A stretch of 64,000 nucleotides of DNA, from the NCBI GenBank assembly GCA_963843515.1, contig CAWJKH010000008.1:57788-121787 (forward strand). The letters run 5' to 3'. Source of the DNA: an uncultured Actinomycetota bacterium. GTDB lineage: Bacteria > Actinomycetota > Thermoleophilia > RBG-16-64-13. A model generated the notes under the pieces. It saw only the letters and a program-made list of their open reading frames with translations. It did no database searches and was not told the origin of the DNA. Numbering within the stretch: position 1 is the stretch's first letter; each line of letters opens with the position of its first letter. Positions 29,298-43,737 of the stretch are shown piece after piece. Position numbers and translations under genes: made by a program.

Positions 29298-29583
29298 GGC
29301 GCAGTCTGGAAACCGTAGGCGCACGAGCCGGGATCCGCGTACCGAGTTGGGGGAAGCGTGGAACCTGGCATTCTCGCTCGTGGCGTATGTGGTCATCTTC
29401 CTCGGGCTGGGCTATCTTGTGGATCGCTGGCTCGGTACGAGACCATGGTTCATGCTAGGCGGCGTTTTCGTGGGTGCGGCGCTGGGCTTCGTCTACCTGG
29501 TCTCGATCCTCTTCGCGCGTCCGCGCGGGAAGGGCGATGGGGACAAGGGGGCCGGCAACGGCGACGGACCAGAAGCAGGTTAG
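29296..29583 (+). CDS. atpZ: AtpZ/AtpI-type small membrane protein preceding the F-ATPase genes
   Basis: LAFSLVAYVVIFLGLGYLVDRWLGTRPWFMLGGVFVGAALGFVYLV matches the AtpZ pattern. The real start is probably downstream (for example TTG 29347), because GTG 29296 overlaps the predicted -10. Confidence 0.65.
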   Translation: MAQSGNRRRTSRDPRTELGEAWNLAFSLVAYVVIFLGLGYLVDRWLGTRPWFMLGGVFVGAALGFVYLVSILFARPRGKGDGDKGAGNGDGPEAG

Positions 29584-29633
29584 GGACACCGGCTTTAGAG
29601 ACACGGGGAGCGGAGGCGGATCTGGCGCTGACG

Positions 29634-29942
29634 GTGATATCGGTGATCGTGGGGCTTGGCCTGGCGGTCGCATACCATCTCGCCACGGCTCGGGTGCATC
29701 GCTGGGCCGTTCGTCGCAACACCGGGGTCGGCCCCGCCGCCATGATCGTGGGCTTCGTGCTCAGGCTCATGGCGATCACCGTCGTTCTTCTCATTCTCGG
29801 CCTGTGGACTCCGCTCAACATGCTGGCGCTGGGCCTGGCCTTCGTCGCGCTATTCTCCATCCTCATGTTCTGGTCTCTGTACGGTCTGTTGTCCAAGGAC
29901 CGCCACCACGCCCCGCCGCCGGCGGGCGCGAACGGGCTTTAG
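29634..29942 (+). CDS. atpI: ATP synthase protein I-like membrane protein
   Basis: Hydrophobic segments (VISVIVGLGLAVAY, AAMIVGFVLRLMAITVVLLILG, LALGLAFVALFSILMFW) sit between atpZ and atpB. Start codon is uncertain. Confidence 0.5.
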   Translation: MISVIVGLGLAVAYHLATARVHRWAVRRNTGVGPAAMIVGFVLRLMAITVVLLILGLWTPLNMLALGLAFVALFSILMFWSLYGLLSKDRHHAPPPAGANGL

Positions 29943-29960
29943 TCGACACAAGGAACGGGC

Positions 29961-30755
29961 ATGCTGGGCGAAGCAGGCGAGAACAAGATCGTAGAAGCTC
30001 TCAGCGAGATGAACAACCAGGTCATCGTGGAGTTGCCCACGATCGGCCCGTTCGACATGTCCATCACCAACGTCGTCATCTACATGTGGGTGTCGGCAGT
30101 GGTCATTTTCGGGTTCTTCTTCATCGTCGCGAGGCGGATGAAGAAGGAACCCGACGGGCTACAGACCTGGGCGGAGATCCTGATGAACTTCGCCACCGGT
30201 CACCTCACCGGGCAGATAGGGGAGAAGGGCAGGAAGTATTACTACCTGATTCTCACCTTCTTCACCTTCATCATGGTGACAAACCTGATCGGCCTTATCC
30301 CCAAGCCCATCGCCCTCAAGCCCACCACGCCCACGGCGAACATCAACGTGACCTTCGGGCTTGCCATCATCGTCTTTGCCGTGACCCAGTATCAGGGCTT
30401 CCACCGTCACGGGTTCAAGGGCTATGTGGGCTCCTGGCTCTCGCCGCCCGGCGTTCCCAAGGTGATGCGGCCGGTGCTCAACGTCATCTTCTTCATAGTC
30501 CACTTCATGGGCGAGTTCTTTAAGCCGCTCTCTCTCGCCGTCCGACTTTTTGGCAATACTGTGGCCGGCCACTTGATCATCCTGGTGATGATCGGCCTCA
30601 TACTGCAATACGCCAGCGCCGTGGTGGTCATCCCGGCTACGGCCTTCGTGGTCATCATGCTCATATTCGAGGTGTTCGTCGCTTTCATCCAGGCCTATAT
30701 CTTCTCTATTCTGTCGGTCGTGTACATCGAATCGGCCATATACGCTGGCCACTAG
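29961..30755 (+). CDS. atpB: F0F1 ATP synthase subunit a
   Basis: LSLAVRLFGNTVAGHL carries the essential Arg motif. Multi-TM, 264 aa. Confidence 0.95.
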   Translation: MLGEAGENKIVEALSEMNNQVIVELPTIGPFDMSITNVVIYMWVSAVVIFGFFFIVARRMKKEPDGLQTWAEILMNFATGHLTGQIGEKGRKYYYLILTFFTFIMVTNLIGLIPKPIALKPTTPTANINVTFGLAIIVFAVTQYQGFHRHGFKGYVGSWLSPPGVPKVMRPVLNVIFFIVHFMGEFFKPLSLAVRLFGNTVAGHLIILVMIGLILQYASAVVVIPATAFVVIMLIFEVFVAFIQAYIFSILSVVYIESAIYAGH

Positions 30756-30786
30756 CCGCCAATCATGGAGCAAGGAGGACAAGTCA

Positions 30787-31017
30787 ATGGACGCTGACAC
30801 CGCCGCACGGCTCGCCGCAGGCATCGGGATGGGGCTGGCCACGCTCGGCCCCGGCATCGGCATCGGTCTGCTGACCGGGCGCACCGCCGAGGCCATCGCC
30901 CGGCAGCCAGAAGCCGCGGGAGAGATCCGGACCGCTTTCATCATCGGTCTGGCCCTGGCCGAGGCGCTGGCGCTGTATGCCTTCGTCATCGCCATCATCC
31001 TGCTGTTCGTCGTCTAG
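30787..31017 (+). CDS. atpE: F0F1 ATP synthase subunit c
   Basis: 76-aa hairpin protein: GIGMGLATLGPGIGIG...ARQPE...LALAEALALYAFVIA (carboxylate Glu). Confidence 0.95.
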   Translation: MDADTAARLAAGIGMGLATLGPGIGIGLLTGRTAEAIARQPEAAGEIRTAFIIGLALAEALALYAFVIAIILLFVV

Positions 31018-31044
31018 GACGGCGGGTTTCCGCCAGGTAGTCGC

Positions 31045-31551
31045 ATGAAGATATTCGAGATAGATCCAGGGCTCTTCGTCTGGACGCTGATCACCTTTCT
31101 GATCCTCTTGGCTCTGCTGTACAAGTTCGCCTTCAACCCGCTCATGAAGCTGCAGAGGGCGAGGCAGGCCGAGATCCATCAGTCGATCGCGGAGGCCGAG
31201 AACCTCCGCGATGAAGCTCAGCAACTCCTGGCCGACTACAAGCGCCAGTTGGCCCAGGCCCGCACTGAGGCGGATAGCATCGTGGAGCGGGCGCGAAAGG
31301 CCGGTGAAGCCAGCAAGGCCGAGGTGGTGGAAGAGGCGCGTCAGCAGGCGGAGGCCACCCTGGCCAAGGCCCGCGAGCAGATCGAGAGAGACACCAAGCA
31401 GGCGCTTCAGCGTATCCGCGAAGAAGCGGCCGACCTGGCCATCACGGCCACCGCCAAAGTGGCTCGCTCCAGCCTTTCAGAGCAGGACCAGTTGCGGCTC
31501 ATCCAAGAGGCCATCAACGAGATCGACCTGAGCAAGATCAGCGAGAACTAG
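31045..31551 (+). CDS. atpF: F0F1 ATP synthase subunit b
   Basis: N-terminal TM helix followed by a long charged coiled coil. Operon position fits. Confidence 0.9.
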   Translation: MKIFEIDPGLFVWTLITFLILLALLYKFAFNPLMKLQRARQAEIHQSIAEAENLRDEAQQLLADYKRQLAQARTEADSIVERARKAGEASKAEVVEEARQQAEATLAKAREQIERDTKQALQRIREEAADLAITATAKVARSSLSEQDQLRLIQEAINEIDLSKISEN

Positions 31552-31557
31552 GAAGCC

Positions 31558-32130
31558 GTGAGCGAGAGCAAGATCGCACGAGTGTACGCAACGGCGCTGT
31601 ACGAGGCCGCTGCCGAGGAAGGTAGCACCGACTCGGTGCGGCGCGACCTGGGCGAGTTCGTCCAGGCTGCGGAAGCCTCGGATGGCCTGCGCCGGTTGCT
31701 TGTCACCGAGGAGATCTCCAACCCCAGGAAGAAGGCCGTCCTACTCGAGCTAACCCAGGGCGGTGACGAACTGGTGCGCAACCTCCTGCGCTTGCTCGTG
31801 GACAAGAGCCGCGAGAGCGAGGTGGCCGCTATCCACCGGGCGTTTGTGGGGCTCGTCGAGCAGGCCCAGGGCTTGGTGCACGTGGAGGTGGCTACCGCCA
31901 TCCCGCTGCCGCCTGCGGTGCAAGAAGCGCTTCGGGCAAAGATCGCTTCATCGCTCGGCAAGACGGTCGAGCTGAGGTTGAGTGTCGAAAAGGAACTGCT
32001 CGGTGGGCTCCGGTTGCGGATCGGCGACAAGGTCGCCGACGCCAGCGTCCGTCATCAGTTGGAGCGCCTCCGAGAATCGTTGATCAGCCCTGTGGCTAGT
32101 TTGGAGGGGACAGTTGAAGCTGCGTCCTGA
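31558..32130 (+). CDS. atpH: F0F1 ATP synthase subunit delta
   Basis: OSCP-like: [12 protein letters not shown]...V.TAIPL......L...L....GK.VEL...V...[16 protein letters not shown]. Confidence 0.9.
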   Translation: MSESKIARVYATALYEAAAEEGSTDSVRRDLGEFVQAAEASDGLRRLLVTEEISNPRKKAVLLELTQGGDELVRNLLRLLVDKSRESEVAAIHRAFVGLVEQAQGLVHVEVATAIPLPPAVQEALRAKIASSLGKTVELRLSVEKELLGGLRLRIGDKVADASVRHQLERLRESLISPVASLEGTVEAAS

Positions 32131-33637
32131 GGAGATCACAAGCGTCCTTAAGTCCCGCATCCTGCGTTATGAGCCGGGTGTCGAGATCCAGGAGGTCGGC
32201 ACCGTCGTGCAGGTGGGCGACGGCGTGGCCCGGATCCAGGGCCTGGAGAATGCGGTCGCCTCCGAGATGCTCGAGTTGCCCCATAACGTCATGGGCTTGG
32301 TGCTCAACCTCGAGGAAGACAGCATCGGCGCGGTGCTGATGGGCGAGGACACGCTCATCAAAGAGGGCGATCAGGCCAAGCGGACCGGCCAGGTCATCCG
32401 GGTACCCGTGGGCGAAGCCCTCGTCGGCCGGGTAGTGAACCCGCTGGGAGTGCCGCTCGACGATAAGGGTCCCATTGAGACCAGCGAGTACCGCACGGTG
32501 GAGTTCAAGGCCCCGGGCGTCATCCGCCGGCAGCCGGTGAAAGAGCCGCTCCAGACGGGCATCAAGGCCATCGACTCCATGATCCCCATCGGCCGGGGCC
32601 AGCGCGAGCTGATCATCGGCGACCGGGGAACCGGGAAGACCGCGATCGCCGTGGATACCATCATCAACCAAAAAGGCCAGGACGTCATCTGCATCTACGT
32701 GGCCATCGGCCAGAAGGCCTCCACGGTGGCGGGCCTGGTCCAGCGCCTCGAGCAGTACGGCGCCATGGATTACACCATCGTCATCATGGCCTCGGCGTCC
32801 ACCTCCGCCCCCATGCGCTACATCGCCCCTTACGCCGGGGCGGCCATGGGCGAGTACTTCACCTACTCCGGACGCCATGCCCTGTGCATCTATGACGACC
32901 TGACCAAGCACGCCGACTCTTACCGGCAGATGTCGCTGCTACTGCGCCGCCCGCCGGGCCGCGAAGCCTTCCCGGGCGACATCTTCTACCTGCATAGCCG
33001 GCTGCTGGAGCGGGCCTGCAAGCTCAGCGACAAGGAAGGTGGAGGCTCCCTGACGGCTCTGCCGGTCATCGAGACGCAGGCGGGCGATGTGTCCGCGTAC
33101 ATCCCCACGAACGTCATCTCCATCACCGACGGCCAGATCTTCCTGGAGAGCGACCTGTTCTACTCCGGCATCCGGCCGGCTATCAACGTGGGTATCTCAG
33201 TGTCGAGGGTGGGAGGCAACGCCCAGATCAAGGCCATGAAGAAGGTAGCCGGCTCGCTACGTCTGGACCTGTCTCAGTTCCGCGAGCTGGAGGCGTTCGC
33301 CAAGTTCGGCTCGGAGCTCGACCAGGAGACTCAGAGGACCCTGGCCCGCGGCGAGCGGCTGGTGGAATCGCTCAACCAGGCGCAGTTCGTGCCCTGGCCC
33401 GTGCAGGACCAGGTGATGATCATCTTCGCCGCCATCCAGGGGTACACCGACGAGATCCCGGTGGCCGACATCACCCGGTTCGAGGGCGAGTTGCGCAGCT
33501 TCCTCAACCAGCAGCATCCCGAGATCGGCGCCGCCATCGCATCCACCAAGGATCTGACTCCGGACATCGAGGCCCAGTTGCGGGCGGCCATCGGTGTCTT
33601 CAAGGATTCCTGGGCCGCAGACCGCGCCGAGTCGTAG
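32114..33637 (+). CDS. atpA: F0F1 ATP synthase subunit alpha
   Basis: Walker [12 protein letters not shown], ...[40 protein letters not shown]. Confidence 0.97.
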   Translation: MKLRPEEITSVLKSRILRYEPGVEIQEVGTVVQVGDGVARIQGLENAVASEMLELPHNVMGLVLNLEEDSIGAVLMGEDTLIKEGDQAKRTGQVIRVPVGEALVGRVVNPLGVPLDDKGPIETSEYRTVEFKAPGVIRRQPVKEPLQTGIKAIDSMIPIGRGQRELIIGDRGTGKTAIAVDTIINQKGQDVICIYVAIGQKASTVAGLVQRLEQYGAMDYTIVIMASASTSAPMRYIAPYAGAAMGEYFTYSGRHALCIYDDLTKHADSYRQMSLLLRRPPGREAFPGDIFYLHSRLLERACKLSDKEGGGSLTALPVIETQAGDVSAYIPTNVISITDGQIFLESDLFYSGIRPAINVGISVSRVGGNAQIKAMKKVAGSLRLDLSQFRELEAFAKFGSELDQETQRTLARGERLVESLNQAQFVPWPVQDQVMIIFAAIQGYTDEIPVADITRFEGELRSFLNQQHPEIGAAIASTKDLTPDIEAQLRAAIGVFKDSWAADRAES

Positions 33638-33643
33638 GAGAAC

Positions 33644-34534
33644 ATGGCCTCCCAACGCGACATACGCCGCCGGATCGCTTCGGTCCAGAATACGCGGAAG
33701 ATCACCAAGGCCATGCAGATGGTGGCCGCCGCGCGCCTGCGGCGCGCGCAGCAGCGCATCGAAGCCACCAGGCCCTATGCCCTGAACATGATGGAGTTCA
33801 TCGGGCAACTGGTCCGTTACATCCCGGTGAGCGGCAGCGAATATCCGCTGCTGAAGGCCCACAAGGAGGTCAAAAAGGTCGCGGTCATCGCGCTGACCTC
33901 CGACCGGGGTCTGGCCGGGGCCTTCAACTCCAACATCATGCGGAGGGCATTCGACCTGGTGAATGCCTACAAGGAGCAGGGAATCGACAGCGACTTGGTG
34001 ATCCTAGGCCGCAAGGGCTACACCACCGCGCGCTTCCAGAGGTACCGGGTCGACAAGGCCTACCTCGACGTGACCGAGCGCAGCGCCTTCCTCGAGGCGC
34101 AGGCCATCACCGCCGGCACCATGCGCCGCTACGTCGACGAGGAGATCGACCGGGTCCACCTGGTCTACAATCGCTTCAAGAGCCCCATGGAACAGTACGT
34201 AACCGAGCAGGTGGTCCTCCCCATCCAGGAGGAACTCACAAGTCTGTACACGCCTGCCGGGGCGAGCGAGCACATGGACTTCATCTTCGAGCCTTCACCC
34301 GAGGCGGTTCTGGCCGACCTTCTGCCCTCCTACATCGAGATCTCCGTCTACAGGGCGATCCTGGAGGGCATGGCCAGCGAGCACGGCGCTCGGATGACCG
34401 CGATGAGGGCCGCCTCCGACGCGGCCACGGAAATGATCGACGACCTGACGCTGGCGATGAACCGGGCCCGGCAGTATTCCATCACTCAGGAGATCCTGGA
34501 AGTGGTGGCCGGCGCCGACGCACTCACCGGATAG
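33644..34534 (+). CDS. atpG: F0F1 ATP synthase subunit gamma
   Basis: IRRRIASVQNTRKITKAMQMVAAARLRRAQ...C-terminal ARQYSITQEILEVVAGA. Confidence 0.95.
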   Translation: MASQRDIRRRIASVQNTRKITKAMQMVAAARLRRAQQRIEATRPYALNMMEFIGQLVRYIPVSGSEYPLLKAHKEVKKVAVIALTSDRGLAGAFNSNIMRRAFDLVNAYKEQGIDSDLVILGRKGYTTARFQRYRVDKAYLDVTERSAFLEAQAITAGTMRRYVDEEIDRVHLVYNRFKSPMEQYVTEQVVLPIQEELTSLYTPAGASEHMDFIFEPSPEAVLADLLPSYIEISVYRAILEGMASEHGARMTAMRAASDAATEMIDDLTLAMNRARQYSITQEILEVVAGADALTG

Positions 34535-36028
<1,494 letters not shown>

Positions 36029-36040
36029 GAGCCAGGTCTC

Positions 36041-36481
36041 GTGGCCGAAGGTGACAAGGTGAGCCTGCGTCTGGAGCTCGTCGCCCCCGCGGGGCTGGTC
36101 TTCGAGGGCGATGTGGCCGCGGTGATAGTCCCTGCGGTCACCGGCGAGCTGGGCATCCTGCCCCACCATGCTGCCCTGGTGGCCCAATTGGCCATCGGGC
36201 AGTTGCGGGTTCTCGATCTCGAGGGGCAATGGCTCACCTACGCCTTGGCCGAAGGGTTCGTCAAGGTGCAGTTCAACAAAGTGATAGTGTTAGCCGATGC
36301 GGCAGAGCAGGCGAGCAAGATCGATGTCGACCGAGCGCAGAAGTCGGTCGAGCGGGCACTCCACCGGCTGGAGATGCACCACGCGGGGACAGTGCCCGAA
36401 GACGATGTCGTCGATCCGTATCGGGAGCAGCTGGCATTAAAGCGAGCCCGCAACAGGCTGAAGATCTCCCAGATGGCGTAA
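36041..36481 (+). CDS. atpC: F0F1 ATP synthase subunit epsilon
   Basis: L.LELV.P.G.VFEGDV..V.VP...GELGILP.HA.L...L. Last gene of the atp operon. Confidence 0.92.
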   Translation: MAEGDKVSLRLELVAPAGLVFEGDVAAVIVPAVTGELGILPHHAALVAQLAIGQLRVLDLEGQWLTYALAEGFVKVQFNKVIVLADAAEQASKIDVDRAQKSVERALHRLEMHHAGTVPEDDVVDPYREQLALKRARNRLKISQMA

Positions 36482-36493
36482 CGGCTGCAGGGT

Positions 36494-37786
36494 ATGGCTC
36501 CGAAAGTTGACGAGCCGCGGCTCTTGGTGCGCGGCGGCCGCCGACTCTGCGGACAGGTAGCGGTCGCAGGCGCCAAGAACTCCGCTCTCAAGCTCATGGC
36601 CGCCTCCTTGCTGGCCCCAGGAACAAGCGTGCTGCACAACGTCCCGGACATCCAGGACGTCAGCACCATGCGCGAGGTGCTCGAGTATCTGGGCGCGGTC
36701 GTCGACTTCCGCAACGGCACCATGGCCATCGACACCACGGCCGTGCAGTCGCATGTAGCGCCATACGACCTCGTCCAGAGGATGCGGGCCTCCATCCAGA
36801 TCATGGGCCCGCTGGTGGCTCGCTTCGGCACCGCCCGGGTGGCCATGCCGGGCGGCTGCAACCTGGGGCCGCGCAAGATCGACATCCACCTGCGTGGCCT
36901 GGCCGAAATGGGCGGCGTCGTCCGCAGTGACCACGGCTTCGTGGAGGTCACCGCCCCTCGCCTCCAGGCCGTCAACATGATCCTCGACTACCCAAGCGTC
37001 GGCGCCACCGAGAACCTGCTGATGGCCGCAGTGATGGCCGAGGGCGCCACCACTCTGGAGAACGTGGCCCGCGAGCCGGAGATCGTCGACCTGTGCAAGT
37101 TTCTGGTGAGCATGGGTGCCGACATCACCGGGGCCGGCAGCTCCACGGTGCGCATTAATGGGGTCCGCGCCATGAACCCAGCCGAGCACACCGTGCTCGG
37201 CGACCGCATCGAGGCCGGAACCTTCCTCATCATGGGCGCCGTCACCGGTGGTGATGTGGAAGTGGCAGGGATCAGCCCCCATGTGCTCGATCTGTTCCTC
37301 TCGAAGCTTCGGCACGTGGGGGTGCAGATCCAGGAGAACACCCGGAGCATCCGGGTGACCGGAGACCCCGAGCGTTACACGGCGGTGGACGTGTCCACGT
37401 TGCCGTATCCGGGCTTTCCGACCGACCTGCAGGCCCAGATGATGGTGCTGCTGTCGCTCGCGAGAGGCGTTTCGGTGTTGACCGAGAACGTCTTTGAGAA
37501 CCGCTTCGGGTTCGTGGACGAGCTGATCCGCCTGGGCGCGGACATCCGGGTGGACGGCAACCATGCGGTCATCAACGGAGGGCGGGCTCTCACCGGCGCC
37601 ATCGTGCGGTGCACGGATCTGCGGGCGGGCGCGGCCCTCGCGGCAGCCGGCTTGATCGCGGAAGGCTGCACGGAGTTGCGGGAGGTCCACCACATCGACC
37701 GTGGATATGAGCGTCTCGAGATGAAGCTGAGGGCCCTGGGGGCCGATGTGGAGAGGCTGGCCGCTTCCGGGTCCGGAATCTGTTGA
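36494..37786 (+). CDS. murA: UDP-N-acetylglucosamine 1-carboxyvinyltransferase
   Basis: V.GAKNSALKLMAASLLA...PGGCNLGPRKIDIHL (active-site Cys)...FPTDLQAQMMVLL...HIDRGYE. Confidence 0.96.
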   Translation: MAPKVDEPRLLVRGGRRLCGQVAVAGAKNSALKLMAASLLAPGTSVLHNVPDIQDVSTMREVLEYLGAVVDFRNGTMAIDTTAVQSHVAPYDLVQRMRASIQIMGPLVARFGTARVAMPGGCNLGPRKIDIHLRGLAEMGGVVRSDHGFVEVTAPRLQAVNMILDYPSVGATENLLMAAVMAEGATTLENVAREPEIVDLCKFLVSMGADITGAGSSTVRINGVRAMNPAEHTVLGDRIEAGTFLIMGAVTGGDVEVAGISPHVLDLFLSKLRHVGVQIQENTRSIRVTGDPERYTAVDVSTLPYPGFPTDLQAQMMVLLSLARGVSVLTENVFENRFGFVDELIRLGADIRVDGNHAVINGGRALTGAIVRCTDLRAGAALAAAGLIAEGCTELREVHHIDRGYERLEMKLRALGADVERLAASGSGIC

Positions 37787-37857
37787 CCTCGAACGGCCAG
37801 GTGGGTTCGCGGTAGAATCTCCGCTTTGACCGGTTTGTGGCAAGAGGTCTGGAGTAG

Positions 37858-39729
37858 TTGAAGAAGAAGCGTTACACGCTCTATCCGGTGGAGGGTTCAC
37901 CGAAGAGCCGGTGGAAATGGATCGCCATCTGGTCCGCCGTCGCTCTCGTGGTGCTGATCCTGGCGACCGCCGGGGGTTCGTACCTATGGTTCCGGTCGGA
38001 GGTGTCGGCGGCCAATGAGCGGGTGACCCCCGACATCATGGCGGCACTCCAGGAGAAGCCCTCGACCAGCCTGACCACTGAAGCGTCGCCGCCGCAGGCG
38101 GCCGGAGTGCAGGGCCCGACCTCCACCGTCGCCGGCCAGGCCCAACCGGCTACGGCGCCCTCGCCCTCCGCGATGAATCTTCTGGTCATCGGCTCCGACC
38201 GGCGCCCGAACGACCCCTCCCTGGGCGGCCGCTCCGACACCCTCATGGTGGTCCACATCGATCCCGAGCAGAACTACCTGTCGGTGCTGTCGCTGCCTCG
38301 CGACCTGCGGGTGGACATCCCCGGGCACGGCAAGGGCAAGCTGAACACCGCCTTCGCCTACGGGGGGCCGGCCCTCGCCATAAGGACCATAAAGCAGGTC
38401 ACCGGGATCGACATAAACCACTATCTGGAGATCGGCTTCGCCGCGTTCTCCGATATCGTGGACTCGCTGGGCGGGGTCTATGTGGACGTGGACAAGCGCT
38501 ATTACAACCCCGACTACTACTTCGAGCCCATCAACCTGTGGCCCGGCTATCAGCTGCTGAAGGGCTCGGACGCCCTCGACTATGTGCGCTTCCGCCACGA
38601 CCGCAACATGGACTTTGGGAGGATGGAGCGGCAGCAGCGCTTCATGACCGCGCTGCGCGAACAGGCGATGGGCTGGAACCTCCCCTTCAAGCTCCCGGGC
38701 CTGATCTCAGCCCTCTTCCAGAACGTGACTACCGATCTCGACGCCAATGAGATCCTTCGTCTGACGACGTGGGGTATCCGACTGAACGGCGACGGCATCC
38801 GGGCGATCACCTTGAGAGGCAGCACACCGACCATCGGCGGGGCCTCGTACGTAGTCGTGACCGACAAGCAACTGGCCAAGGCTGTGAGCCAGCTACTCGA
38901 CGCATCGGTGCCCATAGCCGACAACGACGCCAACGCGAACCCCACCACGACGTCGTCATCCGCCCCTGACTCTACGACCAGCACGACGGAAGCTGTCGAC
39001 GTGAGCGGTATCCCCGTGAATATCGTGGGAGAGAGCGGGCGCGCAGGCGAGGCGGCGGCGGCAGCCCAGTGGCTGCGCAGCATGGGCGTCATCGTGGGAA
39101 CTGCGGCCGACGACAGCGCCAACGATTCGAAGTACAGCGCCGTCCAGTACCCCACGGGCAAGCTGGAAGAGGCTCGCCGGGTGGCTCGGGCCACGGGCGT
39201 GGACCGCGTCACCCGAGTGCGTGTGGATCAGGTCACCCTGCTACTCGGCAGGGACTTCCGGCTGCCGGACCGTTTCGGATTGCCTCCGTCGCCAGACACC
39301 ATCCCCGACTCGGAGATGTGGAAGAAGACGGCGGAGGGGTCGCCGTTCGCCGTGCAGGCGCCGGTCTACGTCCCCCATGGCTATGCCTGGACCAGGAAGA
39401 TCCCTGATATTGCCCCCACGTATGACATCAGGGTGGGCCGCGGGACCAAGCCGGCCTTCCGGATGCTGTACCCCTCCGCCGACAACGACGACCAGGTCAT
39501 GGGCATAACCGAGACCTCCTGGCTGGATGCCCCCGCGGCAAGCAAGGGGCTCGTGGTGACCCATGACGGTACCGATTTCACCGTGGTGCGGAACGGCCAG
39601 AAGGTCGAACGGGTGTGGTGGAAGGCAGACGGGACCCTCTACTGGGTCTCGAACACCCTGTCGCACCTCCTCTCCCAGGAGGAGATGCTCAATATCGCCG
39701 AGTCGATGATCTCCATCCCTGCTCGATGA
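37858..39729 (+). CDS. LytR-CpsA-Psr (LCP) family cell-wall glycopolymer transferase with C-terminal LytR_C-like and DUF4367-like regions
   Basis: N-terminal TM helix. LCP core LLVIGSDRR...RSDTLMVVHIDP...SLPRDLRV.IPGHG..KLN.AFAYGG...INHY. C-terminal WW.ADGTLYWVSNTLS...EEMLNIAESM. Confidence 0.85.
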   Translation: MKKKRYTLYPVEGSPKSRWKWIAIWSAVALVVLILATAGGSYLWFRSEVSAANERVTPDIMAALQEKPSTSLTTEASPPQAAGVQGPTSTVAGQAQPATAPSPSAMNLLVIGSDRRPNDPSLGGRSDTLMVVHIDPEQNYLSVLSLPRDLRVDIPGHGKGKLNTAFAYGGPALAIRTIKQVTGIDINHYLEIGFAAFSDIVDSLGGVYVDVDKRYYNPDYYFEPINLWPGYQLLKGSDALDYVRFRHDRNMDFGRMERQQRFMTALREQAMGWNLPFKLPGLISALFQNVTTDLDANEILRLTTWGIRLNGDGIRAITLRGSTPTIGGASYVVVTDKQLAKAVSQLLDASVPIADNDANANPTTTSSSAPDSTTSTTEAVDVSGIPVNIVGESGRAGEAAAAAQWLRSMGVIVGTAADDSANDSKYSAVQYPTGKLEEARRVARATGVDRVTRVRVDQVTLLLGRDFRLPDRFGLPPSPDTIPDSEMWKKTAEGSPFAVQAPVYVPHGYAWTRKIPDIAPTYDIRVGRGTKPAFRMLYPSADNDDQVMGITETSWLDAPAASKGLVVTHDGTDFTVVRNGQKVERVWWKADGTLYWVSNTLSHLLSQEEMLNIAESMISIPAR

Positions 39730-40301
39730 AGGTCCTCGTCGGGCCGCGCCTGGATGTGGCTGTAGAGGCGCGGGCGGCCGCGATGTGCCGCCGGCTCGCC
39801 GGGGACGAGGGTATCGTAGTCTCCCTACACGCCTTGGGGCTCAAGAACCCCTACCGGCCGCTGAGCCCGGCCGAGGTCGCTCTGCTGCGGACGGAGTTGC
39901 GGGAAGCCGTCAGCGACGGGGGCGGGGTCGTCGGCTACGTCTGCCGGGGCGTCCCGGCACCGGGCCGGGCGGCCGGGTGGGTGGCGGTCACCGACCATGT
40001 CAATCTCACCTGGCGCTCTCCGCTGACCGGCCCGAACGACGAGGAGGTGGGTCCCCGCTTCCCGGCCATGGATGGCGTGTACGCCACCGAGGCCGCTATG
40101 GCGCTGGGGGGCGGAGAGGACGGTATGATAGTAGTCCCCGGCGTGGTGGCCGGGGTGCCTCGGGACCTGGCCATGGGCGACTACGAGGTCGACACGGTAG
40201 TCCGCAACGGCTGGGCGGCGGCGAGCTCTGAGTTGGTGGCCCCGGTCATCGTCGCGGCCCACATGAGACTGCAGGTGGCCGCGGTGGTCATGGCGGTATG
40301 A
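39726..40301 (+). CDS. short divergent purine/MTA nucleoside phosphorylase-fold protein (PNP_UDP_1-like, about 191 aa)
   Basis: Retains TDHVNLTWRSPLTGPNDEEVGPRFPAMDGVY and a C-terminal ELVAPVIVAAHMRLQVAAVVMAV resembling PunA/MtnP. I do not see the phosphate-loop or GRxHxYEG-type motifs. ATGA overlap with the LCP gene. Confidence 0.55.
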   Translation: MKVLVGPRLDVAVEARAAAMCRRLAGDEGIVVSLHALGLKNPYRPLSPAEVALLRTELREAVSDGGGVVGYVCRGVPAPGRAAGWVAVTDHVNLTWRSPLTGPNDEEVGPRFPAMDGVYATEAAMALGGGEDGMIVVPGVVAGVPRDLAMGDYEVDTVVRNGWAAASSELVAPVIVAAHMRLQVAAVVMAV

Positions 40302-41612
<1,311 letters not shown>

Positions 41613-41614
41613 GA

Positions 41615-42738
<1,124 letters not shown>

Positions 42739-42748
<10 letters not shown>

Positions 42749-43737
42749 TGGTCATGGCGGCGGGCAAAGGGACCCGGTTGCGGCCGGTCACCGACCTCCT
42801 GCCCAAACCAATGGCCCCCGTCGCGAACCGGCCGGTGCTCCATCACATCCTGCGTCTGCTCAAGCGCCACGGCCTGGAGGAGGTCGTTCTCAACCTGCAC
42901 CACATGCCTGAGGCGATCACCGAACACTTCGGCGACGGGTCGAGCGTGGGCGTCGACATACACTATTCGTTCGAACCGGAACTCCTGGGCACTGCAGGCG
43001 GGGTCAAAAAGAACGAAGAATTCCTCGGCACGGGCACCTTCCTGGTCATGAGCGGGGACGCCCTCACCGACATCGACCTCACCGCTCTGGTGGCGGCGCA
43101 TCGGCGCACCGGGTCCATAGCCACCATCGCCGTCAAAGAGGTCTCCGACCCCAGCCTGTACGGCGTCGTGATCCACGACGACGACGGCCGGGTCGTGGCC
43201 TTCCAGGAGAAGCCCACCCGGGAGGAGGCACGCTCGCGCCTCTGCAACTGCGGCATATATGTGTTCGAGCCTGAGATCCTCTCGCTCATCCCCGCCGGCC
43301 GGTTCGACGACTTTGGCAGCCGACTCTTCCCCGACCTGCTCAAGCAGCACATCCCGTTCCATTGCCACGAGTTCGCGGGCTACTGGAGCGACGTTGGCAA
43401 CCTGGGCGAACTGGTCCGCGGTAACGCCGACGCGCTTACCGGCAGGGTGGCGGTCGACTTGCCCGGCGAGGAGGTGCGGCCGGGCGTGTGGGTGGACGAA
43501 GGCGCCAAGGTGGCCGCGACCGCCCGCGTCGAGCCGCCGGTCGTGATCGGCCGGCAGTGCCTCGTCGGCGATTGGGCACTGGTCGAGGGCCCCACCGTGC
43601 TCGGCGACCGCACGGTGCTCGGCGAGGGGGCGCACGTAACTCGGGCAGTGGTGCTCCCCGACTCACACGTGCCGGCCGGTTCGGTGATAGTCGAAGGCAT
43701 CGTCGGCCGAAAGCCCGGCTATGGGTGCGAGCCTTGA
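42739..43737 (+). CDS. NDP-sugar pyrophosphorylase (mannose-1-P guanylyl- / glucose-1-P nucleotidyltransferase family) with a left-handed beta-helix C-terminus
   Basis: MVMAAGKGTRLRPVTDLLPKPM.PV.N.P.L.H....L...G.......H ..., SGDALTDIDL, YWSDVGN. Confidence 0.85.
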
